This document shows, piece by piece, positions 16,372-25,186 of a DNA stretch of 30,047 bases (position 1 is its first letter; each line of letters opens with the position of its first letter). Made by a program: the position numbers and the translations under genes. Location: the IMG/VR virus record IMGVR_UViG_3300027586_000030, positions 1 through 30,047 of that record. The stretch is one strand, 5' to 3'. This DNA comes from a virus. Its lineage: Duplodnaviria > Caudoviricetes. Under the pieces are notes generated by a model, which saw nothing but the letters and a program-made list of their open reading frames with translations, searched no databases and was not told the origin of the DNA.

Positions 16372-16602
16372 TTATATGACAGTGGCGTCACCGTGAGGCC
16401 ACACTTGAGTTAAAGTTGTATCGACGTTTTGCGGACCCGGTGGCGCCAAGTATTGCGGAAGCGGCAGAGGCGCTTCTAACTTTAGATAGTTGACTAAGTT
16501 ATCTGTTAAATACAATTGCGGACCTGGGCCGCGATGAGTTTTTTGCATGGCAGGGAGTCGGCGTTCAAAATATAACTTTGCTGATTGACCGATGGTTGGC
16601 AT
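16372..16602 (-). CDS. Hypothetical protein (MPTIGQSAK...)
   Basis: SD AGGAG. Confidence 0.7.
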   Translation of the reverse strand: MPTIGQSAKLYFERRLPAMQKTHRGPGPQLYLTDNLVNYLKLEAPLPLPQYLAPPGPQNVDTTLTQVWPHGDATVI

Positions 16603-16614
16603 TTGTATTCTCCT

Positions 16615-16654
16615 AAAAAGCCGCGGCGAGTCACCGTTTAGTATACCCGCCGCG
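16615..16654 (-). terminator. Terminator-like hairpin containing a TATACT -10 element
   Basis: CGCGGCGGGU...ACUCGCCGCG then GCUUUUU; TATACT at 16640-16645. Confidence 0.55.
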
Positions 16655-16698
16655 ACCGCATGAGTGGTGCAGCATACCCGCAAAGAAGAGTTCTGCAA

Positions 16699-16899
16699 TT
16701 ATTTTGCTGGAACTAGCTTTATTGCGTGTATCACTGCCCGCACGAGAGCGCAAACACATTGCCACAAGGCTACGGCAATAACTTTCACACACACAAACGC
16801 AAACACAATGAGCGCGTTTGCGCCGTCTTCTAGCCATTGCAATTCTGGCTTCGAGTTTTGCCTATAGCTTACATGACGCCCATTCCTATACTTAACCAT
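16699..16899 (-). CDS. Small membrane protein
   Basis: SD GAGGTG; hydrophobic C-terminal half. Confidence 0.6.
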   Translation of the reverse strand: MVKYRNGRHVSYRQNSKPELQWLEDGANALIVFAFVCVKVIAVALWQCVCALVRAVIHAIKLVPAK

Positions 16900-18834
16900 A
16901 TGCCACCTCAAATAATGCGGGATCAGCTCCCGCGAAATAAAACCCCCGGTATAGCGCCCCCAGTTGTTGGGATTGCTAATTTGTTTGAGCAGCTTGTTGC
17001 GATAGATCCCAAGACGAGCTCGGCCGGTAACGACCGTGCGCGGCTGTTGCGCGAGCTGTCAGAACGTCACGCGTTTCCATCGCTTGAACCGCTGCTGCCT
17101 CTTGTTTTAAATTTGTCAGGACAACCTTACACTATAAAAAATCATTTTCCTTTTTCTCCTTTATTTCGAATTTTGATGCCCAAGAATCAGGTGTGGTGCA
17201 CTGGTAGACAAGTGAGCAAAAGCACGTCGCTTGCTGCTCACGGTGTTGTATTTGCTAACTCTGTACCGTTTTGTAAAACGCTTTATGTTACTCCGCGCTT
17301 TGAACAAGTCCGGCGGTTTAGTAACAACTACGTGCGACCGTTTATAGATCAGTCGCCAATTAAATCGCAGTGGAGCGATTCAACGACAGAGAACTCTGTG
17401 TTACAACGGTCGTTTAAAAATAACGCAATGATGTTATTTAGTTTTGCGTTGCTTGATGCAGATCGAGTGCGCGGCGTAAGTGCCGACAGAGTATGTATCG
17501 ACGAATGTCAAGACATGGACCCTGACCATGTTCCTATCATTCAAGAAACTATGTCGTACAGCCGCACAGCGACCACTTATTTCACGGGGACCCCTAAGAC
17601 AACTGACAACCTTATCTTCGGCTTGTACAAGCGGTCGTCGCAAGCAGAATGGTTCATTCCGTGTTCGTCATGTAAACACTGGAACATACCGGCGCTCGAG
17701 CATGATCTCGACGCGATGATAGGCGAATATAATATACACATTAGTGAAAAGCAACCCGGCACTGTGTGTGCGAAATGTCGCGCTCCAATCAATCCGCGTT
17801 TTGGCCGCTGGGTCCATAGATATCCAGAACGTCGCTGGCAGTTTGCTGGTTATCACGTGCCGCAAATTATCTTGCCTATGCACTTTGCCGAGCCGGAAAA
17901 GTGGTCAACGCTTCTGCTGAAGCGCGAAGGCTACGGCAACATGACGCAGTCGCAGTTTTACAATGAAGTCATGGGCGAAAGCGCAGATGCCGGGCAAAAA
18001 CTCATCAGTGAAACCGAGCTTAAAAATGCCTGCCTCCTTGAGTGGGAGAACAAAAAAGAGCCAGATCCCAAGTGCTTAAAAAACTTAGAGAATTATAAGA
18101 ACCGAATGCTGGCGATCGATTGGGGCGGTGGTGGCGAAGCAGGTATCAGCTTTACGGTACTCACTGTGCTGGGCTTCCGACTCGACGGCACAATCGATGT
18201 CTTGTGGGCCAAACGTTTGCTCATTGGCGGCGATCACTTGGCCGAAGCTGCTGAGTGCATGCGCGTGTCAAAAACATTTAACTGCGACTTTATATCGCAC
18301 GATTACACTGGCGCCGGCACCGTGCGCGAAACAGTTATGGTACAAGCTGGTTTTAATCTAGACCGCGTTATGGCTGTACGGTTAGTGCGATCGGCTGCCC
18401 AAGATTTACTTGTGTATAAGCCGCCTACTGAGATTAATCACCGCGCGCATTACAGTCTTGATAAAACTCGGTCGTTACTTTATACGTGCCAAGCTATTAA
18501 ACTTAAACAAATACGCTTTTTCCAGTACGACTGGTCGTCGCAAGATATGCCCGGCGTAATATCAGATTTTCTTGCTCTCGTAGAAAACAAGGCTGACTCG
18601 CGCACCGGGAGTGACATTTATACTATTACGCGCAATACATTACTAACAGATGACTTTGCACAGGCTGTAAACATTGGCTGCGCTGCGTTGTGGCACATTA
18701 ACGACGCGTGGCCTAACTTTGCCGAAGTAGCCGGCGTCGCCCGCAAACTCGTGACACAGGTAGCCGCCGAGAACGCGCGGATCGAAGACTGGGGCGATGA
18801 AAGCATTACCGGCAACTATTTTCGCGGGTACTAG
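16900..18834 (+). CDS. terL: Phage terminase large subunit, GpA-like
   Basis: Walker A variant GRQVSKST, Walker B VCIDECQD, TGTPKT, CxxC pairs, nuclease IDWGGG and C-terminal DDFAQA. Start uncertain (16873, 16900 or 16915). Confidence 0.9.
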   Translation: MPPQIMRDQLPRNKTPGIAPPVVGIANLFEQLVAIDPKTSSAGNDRARLLRELSERHAFPSLEPLLPLVLNLSGQPYTIKNHFPFSPLFRILMPKNQVWCTGRQVSKSTSLAAHGVVFANSVPFCKTLYVTPRFEQVRRFSNNYVRPFIDQSPIKSQWSDSTTENSVLQRSFKNNAMMLFSFALLDADRVRGVSADRVCIDECQDMDPDHVPIIQETMSYSRTATTYFTGTPKTTDNLIFGLYKRSSQAEWFIPCSSCKHWNIPALEHDLDAMIGEYNIHISEKQPGTVCAKCRAPINPRFGRWVHRYPERRWQFAGYHVPQIILPMHFAEPEKWSTLLLKREGYGNMTQSQFYNEVMGESADAGQKLISETELKNACLLEWENKKEPDPKCLKNLENYKNRMLAIDWGGGGEAGISFTVLTVLGFRLDGTIDVLWAKRLLIGGDHLAEAAECMRVSKTFNCDFISHDYTGAGTVRETVMVQAGFNLDRVMAVRLVRSAAQDLLVYKPPTEINHRAHYSLDKTRSLLYTCQAIKLKQIRFFQYDWSSQDMPGVISDFLALVENKADSRTGSDIYTITRNTLLTDDFAQAVNIGCAALWHINDAWPNFAEVAGVARKLVTQVAAENARIEDWGDESITGNYFRGY

Positions 18835-19289
18835 TTATTCGACGCGTTCTTCATAAACGCGCGCGATCTTGGAGTGTACTCTACTCCGATGTGAACGCCC
18901 TCGTCGATCCAGCGGTCTAGCTTTTCTAACATGCAAGCTAGGCAGCCCGATAACAGCTTTTTTACGTTGCTATCAAATTCTTGCACCGTCTTGCCGCTCA
19001 ACGAGATTCCACCATTTTCTATACGGCCGTTCCCGCCTTTGAGAAAGACTTCGCAAAGGTCTTCCTCTGTAAGCAACTGCGATATACGTTTAGGCGACCA
19101 CGGGCAGTCGGCGCCAATGATTTTTTCTAGGCCCTGTATAAGCGACGTTGTTAGTTTAAGTCGCAGCGAAGTCGACGTATCGCCAAATAAGTCCATCATC
19201 ATTTCTGGCGTAAACGTGATGTTCGAGTGGTTCCACTGCTCGTGCAGTTGGCCCCATTTTTTGTGGAAGCCTGGCTTGCCTGACTTCAT
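18831..19289 (-). CDS. Hypothetical protein
   Basis: SD AGGAG, ATGA coupling; stop overlaps the terL stop. Confidence 0.7.
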   Translation of the reverse strand: MKSGKPGFHKKWGQLHEQWNHSNITFTPEMMMDLFGDTSTSLRLKLTTSLIQGLEKIIGADCPWSPKRISQLLTEEDLCEVFLKGGNGRIENGGISLSGKTVQEFDSNVKKLLSGCLACMLEKLDRWIDEGVHIGVEYTPRSRAFMKNASNN

Positions 19290-19612
19290 GCGTGTGTCTC
19301 CTGCTGTAGGCGGGCGTTTGCGAGGGCGGCTTCATACGTGCCCTTTGCCATGATTCTAGTCACTGCGGCTTTGCGCAGTTGCTCAAGGTGCGCCGCGTAC
19401 TCTGCGTCTACATGCACAGTGGCTTCGGCGCTCGAGAAGCTGTGCTGCTTGCCGGTGAGTTTATTCTCGTCGGCCATGATCCGAGAGATAGCCTCGAACT
19501 TGATAACGTGGCGGGTGTCTTCAAGCAGCATTTCGTGGGCAACGGATGTGGCCAGGTCGACAGAGGCGCTCAGGATCGTTTGGGCGTAGGGCGAGATCGT
19601 GATGTCAGACAT
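19286..19612 (-). CDS. Hypothetical helical protein
   Basis: SD GGAG before MSDITISP. Confidence 0.7.
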   Translation of the reverse strand: MSDITISPYAQTILSASVDLATSVAHEMLLEDTRHVIKFEAISRIMADENKLTGKQHSFSSAEATVHVDAEYAAHLEQLRKAAVTRIMAKGTYEAALANARLQQETHA

Positions 19613-19633
19613 TGTTTTCTCCAAGAAGGGTAA

Positions 19634-19867
19634 TTAATCTAATAACCAGTTATGTTTTTCTTGTGCGGTCGGTATACGTTTTGGAAACTTGTCTGGGTGG
19701 CATAACTGACACTTTGGCTTCCCGCAACCAGCACAGCGAAGAGACTTTCGAAAGCGGCCGGCATGTGGCGTATACGCGGCGTGCTGCGAACCAAGCTGCG
19801 GCGTGAGCTGTTTGTACAGCCGCATACGGTTCTCAATAATATGTTTTTCTTCTGTGTAACGTTTCAT
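19634..19867 (-). CDS. Small basic Cys-rich protein
   Basis: CAGCGKPKCQLCHPDK motif. Confidence 0.7.
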   Translation of the reverse strand: MKRYTEEKHIIENRMRLYKQLTPQLGSQHAAYTPHAGRFRKSLRCAGCGKPKCQLCHPDKFPKRIPTAQEKHNWLLD

Positions 19868-19922
19868 ACGGCCCCGGTTCAAGGTGGAACGTGTTGCGCG
19901 GCAAGCGACTGTTGTCGCACAA

Positions 19923-20354
19923 TTAGGCCGCGCCTAGTATTACGATTTTACAGCCGCAGCGATCGGCCAGCCGGATGGCCGCCTCGCGGTACACGACTAC
20001 CGGCTTATCTCTATCAATGAAGCCGGCTGATATCAAGGCTTGCAGCCCAAGCAGGGCAAAACCGCGTTGGCGCAGCTCGTTATCTGTGAAGCATTCGACG
20101 CTTTGGGCGGCTGCGCTGGCGCCGTCTATATCGGCTACGACAGCGCGCGTTCCGACCCACGACACAAACAGGCTATTAAAGAGCACTGTAGCGATCATGA
20201 TCGTTTCGTGGTCGCCCGGCTGGGGCTCGATATAGCGCTTTTCTAACTCGCGGCGCATGTTGCGCCCAGGCGAGGAAAGCCGCGTGTAAATAGCCGAGAC
20301 TTCTGTGGCGCCAAGGGCGTTAATGTCTTTGATAGTAATTTCGAAGTTATTCAT
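19923..20354 (-). CDS. GNAT-fold acetyltransferase-like protein
   Basis: VECFTDNELRQRGFALL resembles the GNAT acetyl-CoA motif A; AIRLADRCG resembles motif B. Confidence 0.55.
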   Translation of the reverse strand: MNNFEITIKDINALGATEVSAIYTRLSSPGRNMRRELEKRYIEPQPGDHETIMIATVLFNSLFVSWVGTRAVVADIDGASAAAQSVECFTDNELRQRGFALLGLQALISAGFIDRDKPVVVYREAAIRLADRCGCKIVILGAA

Positions 20355-20403
20355 GTTGTGCCTCAGCCAACATGAATTATATCGTACGTATTGCGCAATT
20401 GCG

Positions 20404-20847
20404 TTATCTGCGGAATTTACGCGCGATCTTTGACCGCCACGAAAACTGTTTTGCCGTTTTACGTCTGTGGCAATTGGCGCACCGGACAACGCATTTTTTA
20501 ATTTCTCGTTCTACAGTTTTTCTAGTGCGGTTTTTTAACACAGAAATACTGGCCAGTTTTTTACCGCGCACGTGGTCAAACTCTAAAACAATTGGGTCGG
20601 CTTCTCCGCAATCAACGCAAAAGTGAGTTAACAAATATTCGCAGACAAAGCGATGTGCGTTTAGTCTTTGCGCGCGTCTAGTGCTGGTTACAGCATTTCG
20701 TCGGTGTACATTTGCGGCGTAGTATGCGTTGTCGTAGGCCCGCTTGCACACTTTGCAACTATTTGCGCGACCTGTTTTATTTGTTGCGAGTTTTGAAAAC
20801 TCTGCCAGAAGTTTCTTTTTTTTGCAATCTTTGCATTTTTTATACAT
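20404..20847 (-). CDS. HNH endonuclease with N-terminal zinc finger
   Basis: CKDC..CKVC; CVDCGE.DP.VLEFDH...CANCH; SD GGAGGAG. Confidence 0.9.
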   Translation of the reverse strand: MYKKCKDCKKKKLLAEFSKLATNKTGRANSCKVCKRAYDNAYYAANVHRRNAVTSTRRAQRLNAHRFVCEYLLTHFCVDCGEADPIVLEFDHVRGKKLASISVLKNRTRKTVEREIKKCVVRCANCHRRKTAKQFSWRSKIARKFRR

Positions 20848-20934
20848 GTCGTTGCTCCTCCATGAGCGAACGCTGTTATTTTAATGCAGATGCGTCGGAG
20901 TTACCACCGACCAACCGTGTTACTAGCGCGGTAT

Positions 20935-21195
20935 TTATTCGTCGTCTTCGTCCTCGTCAAAGTCTTCTTCGTACGCTGGCTCGGGCTCATCGACTTTTTC
21001 GTCGTCGTTATCGTCCCAGTTTGCCTCGTCAAAGTTATCTTCTTCGTCGTCCTCGTCGTCGTCTATGAATTGCGTCGGCGTAATAGGCAATTCGCTGTCG
21101 TCGTCATCGTCCGGCGTCTCGCGCACAAACTGCCACTCTTCTTCGATAAAATCGTCGTCAAGGTCGTCTGTCTGTCGGGCGAATAACGCGGCCAT
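20935..21195 (-). CDS. Extremely acidic small protein
   Basis: 86 aa, more than half D/E. Confidence 0.75.
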   Translation of the reverse strand: MAALFARQTDDLDDDFIEEEWQFVRETPDDDDDSELPITPTQFIDDDEDDEEDNFDEANWDDNDDEKVDEPEPAYEEDFDEDEDDE

Positions 21196-21199
21196 AGAA

Positions 21200-23854
21200 T
21201 TATCCAATTTCGAGGGCACGGGGCGAATCTTGGCTGACACAGAATTTATCACACCAGCTGGCTTTTACAAAAATACCAGTTGATTTATGTATGGTTTCTT
21301 CCCCGGCAAACACCCCCTCGGCAATAAGTAAGTCTACGATGGCCAGCCAGTTCGGGAGGCCTATTTTGGCAAAGTGCGCATAAGAGTCGATGGCCCGGCG
21401 GTTAATCCACCAGTGGTCCTTTTGGCGCAGCACGTACATGTACGACTGCGAGGCCATACGGCGGCGCGGCAAGAGCGCTATTTTGCCAAACTGCATAGCG
21501 TCGGCAAGAGTCTCCATGAGTGTAATGTGGGCGCTGTCGGCTGTAATGAGTTGCTCCGTAGCGTGCTTGAGCGAAAAGCTAACTTGGTACGTCTCGAGCA
21601 GCCAAGCGTGGAGGTCTGCCATGACGGCTAAAGTTATGTTTTTTTGTTGCGCAGCCAAGCCCATTCGCCGGCTTAGTGCGCGCTGGATGTAAGCCGGCAG
21701 GACGTAACGCAACGCGGAAAAGTCGGTGCTAAACCCGGGAGCTTGCCCGCGCACGACTTGCCAGTTGTATCCGACGGCTATGGCGGCCACGTCTTCGGCC
21801 AGCTTCACAAGCGCCGGTAACGTGCGGCAATGCGGTACCGCGGGGCTAAACAAGGTATCGTCAAATGCGTTTAATATAAAAACCGGCCAGCTGGTAGTTG
21901 CGCAGATTTCGGTGAGGTGGCGCGGCGAAGCCTTGCGATTTAAGAGCGACGACTGAAACATATCGCACTGTAATGCCGCGCCAATCTTTGCAGCGACGTT
22001 AAAGTTCGTGCCGGGGATCGCTGTAGCTGTCGCGTCTTTTCGTAAGATGGGCGCAATAAGGTCGGCAACAATGGCAGAAAAGACCGTCCAGACAAAGGCG
22101 TTCTCGGGGCTTGACGTTAAAAAGCGATGAATAGCTGGCGGGGCAACGGCGACGGGAACGGGGAACGCCGCCGATCGGTTCTGCTGCGGGAGCATAAACT
22201 CGCCTACTACTTCGCCTATATTATTGATTGCGTAGTTTGCAAACTTAAACGTCTCGCTGTTTTCGTCCCAGCCGCGTTTATTCGAAATAAGGATGAGCTC
22301 GGGCTGGTACAACTCGAGCGCGAATAGGTGTGCCCGCTTATTCCACGCTTGGTCAATACTAATGTTTACGTTGTGCGTGGCAGCGTGAATCTGCACAAAC
22401 CGCAATAACCCGATACTTTCTATTTTTTGCGCGCTGTCGGCAAAATCGATGGAGCCGGTGGCATGGTAGATTACGCCGATATACGTGCGGGCGCCTGTGT
22501 CTGCTTGGAGGACCTTGGTAATAATGATGTTGGCGGAGCACACCATTTGGCCTGCCCGGGAATACCAGCTGGTGGCACGCGGAATGACAGACCACTTGGG
22601 TTTACGCTCGCGCGGCTCGTCGTCGTTTGGGGACCGGATCGCCGCGACAGATAGCACGCGGTCGATAAAGCCCGGCACAAACTTGTCTTCGATGGGCTTA
22701 AAAAACTTGTATAACTTTGCGCCGGGGACTGTTAGGCGGGTGGCAAAAGAATACGAAACTATGTCGCTCTGGCCGATAAGTGCGTTTGAGAGCGCTACTT
22801 GCCACGTTTGCGCGCGGGTACGGATATAAGCCAAGCGCGTCAAAATAGCGTAGCGCACTTGTTTATATGTTACAGAGGCAATGCTTACATACCCTCTGGC
22901 TGCCGCGGCTTGGCTTATGATCTCGGGCGTCACTGTATTGCTTTGGAACAGGCGGGGCGTCGTTGGAAAGGCAGCCCAGCTGGTTCCATAGCTGTTTGCC
23001 TCGGGGCCGCAGTAGCTCGCCATAATGGGCAGTAACGGTAAGTTATGCCGTAATTGCGTGTGCTGGGCGGCGAGAGCCAAGAACGGGTCGTCAAGAATGA
23101 TCTGTGTATTTCTAAGCACGCTGGGCGCCGCTGTAATAGCGGTGTTGAGCATGTAATAGCCCGCGTCTGGCCTGCGGCGCCGAATGGCCGAAAGCGCGAT
23201 AAAGTTTCTTCTGGGCGCGCCGTCTTCTGAGTACTGGGTGATAAGCACGCCAGTTAAGCGCCCGGGAAAGTCGTAATAGGGCATGACTAGACTGGGGCAG
23301 TTTTTGCGGGCTTGTTTTGGGGCCGGGCGAGCCATGGCCGTACAAAACGTGGTTATTTGCCGCCGGGTGGCTACGCCGATTAAGCGGCGAGGCGTTAAGT
23401 CTGCATTGGCGGCATCCAGCTCAAGATAGACGCCAAGATCGCGCAAACGGCAAGCAATGATATCATCTCCGTGCGCCCATAACTGCTCAGCTGCAGTTTC
23501 CCAAAACTCTTCTATTACTTTACGCCGGTGAATGTGCCGCATATAAGTAGGCGTAGCAAGTTCTTTTTCGGCATAATTGATGTACCCCAGGTCGGCTAAC
23601 TTGTCTAATGTCTCGGTTATGCTTGTATTCCAAATTGCCGCCCCAAACGTTATGATATCTCCATGGCGTGCGCACGCGGTACAGTGCAGCCATAGCCCGT
23701 GTTCGACTGTATCGTCAAATAGGTGTAGCGTATTTTGTTGGCACAGCGGACAATTAGCGACGGCCGGAAATACCGGTACGTCAAGAAAAATGCCTAAAGC
23801 TGACACGGCTCCCGCGTGGTGATGTCGGCGTATTAAACCGGAAGGCGCACTCAT
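21200..23854 (-). CDS. Large replication-associated protein with an N-terminal primase-type zinc finger
   Basis: CPLC...LHCTAC..HGDII resembles the CHC2 zinc finger; LVMPYYD.PG...G is primase-like; no canonical Walker A seen. Confidence 0.6.
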   Translation of the reverse strand: MSAPSGLIRRHHHAGAVSALGIFLDVPVFPAVANCPLCQQNTLHLFDDTVEHGLWLHCTACARHGDIITFGAAIWNTSITETLDKLADLGYINYAEKELATPTYMRHIHRRKVIEEFWETAAEQLWAHGDDIIACRLRDLGVYLELDAANADLTPRRLIGVATRRQITTFCTAMARPAPKQARKNCPSLVMPYYDFPGRLTGVLITQYSEDGAPRRNFIALSAIRRRRPDAGYYMLNTAITAAPSVLRNTQIILDDPFLALAAQHTQLRHNLPLLPIMASYCGPEANSYGTSWAAFPTTPRLFQSNTVTPEIISQAAAARGYVSIASVTYKQVRYAILTRLAYIRTRAQTWQVALSNALIGQSDIVSYSFATRLTVPGAKLYKFFKPIEDKFVPGFIDRVLSVAAIRSPNDDEPRERKPKWSVIPRATSWYSRAGQMVCSANIIITKVLQADTGARTYIGVIYHATGSIDFADSAQKIESIGLLRFVQIHAATHNVNISIDQAWNKRAHLFALELYQPELILISNKRGWDENSETFKFANYAINNIGEVVGEFMLPQQNRSAAFPVPVAVAPPAIHRFLTSSPENAFVWTVFSAIVADLIAPILRKDATATAIPGTNFNVAAKIGAALQCDMFQSSLLNRKASPRHLTEICATTSWPVFILNAFDDTLFSPAVPHCRTLPALVKLAEDVAAIAVGYNWQVVRGQAPGFSTDFSALRYVLPAYIQRALSRRMGLAAQQKNITLAVMADLHAWLLETYQVSFSLKHATEQLITADSAHITLMETLADAMQFGKIALLPRRRMASQSYMYVLRQKDHWWINRRAIDSYAHFAKIGLPNWLAIVDLLIAEGVFAGEETIHKSTGIFVKASWCDKFCVSQDSPRALEIG

Positions 23855-25025
23855 GCTAGACAACTCACTCGATCAGGCTCACGATACCAGCGGCAGCGAA
23901 ACGCACAGATTAACAACGCTGTACGCGCAGCCCGACTTTGTAAAGTCTGCTTCGCCCGAGCGGCTGACCGGAGGCAACGAGCTTCCTCGCCATCTGTACG
24001 CCGATCAGCAACATAAACTTTACCCGTGCCACACGAGCCCGGCAACATGGATGTCAGCGCTTTTTTTCGCAGATAAGCGGGCTCACTTTGATAACAAGGT
24101 CGCCAGCGCCATCGAGTTAAAGATCCGCCAAGCCGCCGATTACTTTGGTATTGCCGGTCTTGTAAAGGATCTCGAAGAGAAAATTGCCGCCAGTAACGTA
24201 ACAACTGTGGACAACCTGCCAGACTCGGACTTTGCCGTTGTCTGGGCCAGCGACGACCACAAAGAACGGCACCTACCGCTGCGTAACGCTGCCGAGATTA
24301 AGTTTGCCGCGGCGTACTTTAAGCAGTACCGCGACGAGTTTACGTTTGACGATCGGCACACGATTGCCGCCAAAATTCTAGAAAAAGCGGCCCAGCACGG
24401 AGCTGACACCAGCGACGCTGATGGCTCGCTTGAGCTTGCTGCTGGCCTAGGCGCTTGCGCCGCCAAAGTAGCCAGCCAAATGCTTAAAGACCGCGTAAGG
24501 CTCACGCAGCGCCAGTTCGGAGACTTGGCTGCTGAGTTGACCAAATTGGCCGAGATTGTTGACGCTAACCCGGAGAAAGCCCGGGAAGTCGGCATGCGGC
24601 TCAAGTTGGCAAGCGCGGTCGATAATTTTGACCGGGAGACCCACCTGAACAGACTGTACTCCGATGGCGGGCTTCCCCGCCCCGAAGAAGTCTTGTTTGC
24701 CATTACCGAAAAGGTGGCGCGCGATTTCTTGGCACAGAACGTCGAGACCACCACGGGTAATATTTACGCGCTGGATGACCTCGAGAAACTGGCTGTGGAA
24801 GACGTGCGCGAATGGCTAGGCGATGACTTTGCTGACGCTGTAAGCGCCGGCGGAGTGTACATGGACCGCGATAAGCTGGCCAACGTAGTGCCGACGCTTG
24901 ACCGCGGCATGGCGTCTACGCTGGACCGGCTGATGTCAGAGAAAACTGACGGCGCTATTGTTAAGCAATCGGCCGCTGCTTCTTTGCTGTCGCTTGACCG
25001 GCTGCACGAGCTAGCCGCGATGTAA
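23853..25025 (+). CDS. Putative virion head/scaffold-associated protein with two DUF6582-like repeats
   Basis: GGAAGG SD; two LP...(Y/F)A...P...(F/Y)F...I...A...G units; many K-x-A motifs. Confidence 0.7.
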   Translation: MLDNSLDQAHDTSGSETHRLTTLYAQPDFVKSASPERLTGGNELPRHLYADQQHKLYPCHTSPATWMSALFFADKRAHFDNKVASAIELKIRQAADYFGIAGLVKDLEEKIAASNVTTVDNLPDSDFAVVWASDDHKERHLPLRNAAEIKFAAAYFKQYRDEFTFDDRHTIAAKILEKAAQHGADTSDADGSLELAAGLGACAAKVASQMLKDRVRLTQRQFGDLAAELTKLAEIVDANPEKAREVGMRLKLASAVDNFDRETHLNRLYSDGGLPRPEEVLFAITEKVARDFLAQNVETTTGNIYALDDLEKLAVEDVREWLGDDFADAVSAGGVYMDRDKLANVVPTLDRGMASTLDRLMSEKTDGAIVKQSAAASLLSLDRLHELAAM

Positions 25026-25173
25026 GCAGTTCGCCACGCATAACAGATATAGCCGGCGCAGCAATGACGCCCAGCTTAACCTTGTTGCCTACGACTGACA
25101 GGACGCGCACGATAACTTGGGCGTCCGTCCCGATGACCAGTTCTTCGTCTTGCTTTCTTGAGAGCACAAGCAC
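24961..25173 (-). CDS. csrA: Carbon storage regulator CsrA/RsmA
   Basis: MLVLSRK..E.LVIG....V.V..V.G..VKLG..A...I.V.R.EL; SD GGAGG before GTG. Confidence 0.9.
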   Translation of the reverse strand: MLVLSRKQDEELVIGTDAQVIVRVLSVVGNKVKLGVIAAPAISVMRGELLTSRLARAAGQATAKKQRPIA

Positions 25174-25186
25174 GTTACGTCCTCCG

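Noticed and set aside
19286-19612. UvsY-like recombination mediator
   Set aside because: Only a vague helical resemblance (AE..V..D.EY); not enough to call.
16900-20847. Intron or intein in terL linked to the HNH gene
   Set aside because: terL is continuous with normal motif order and no intein signature; the HNH gene is free-standing.
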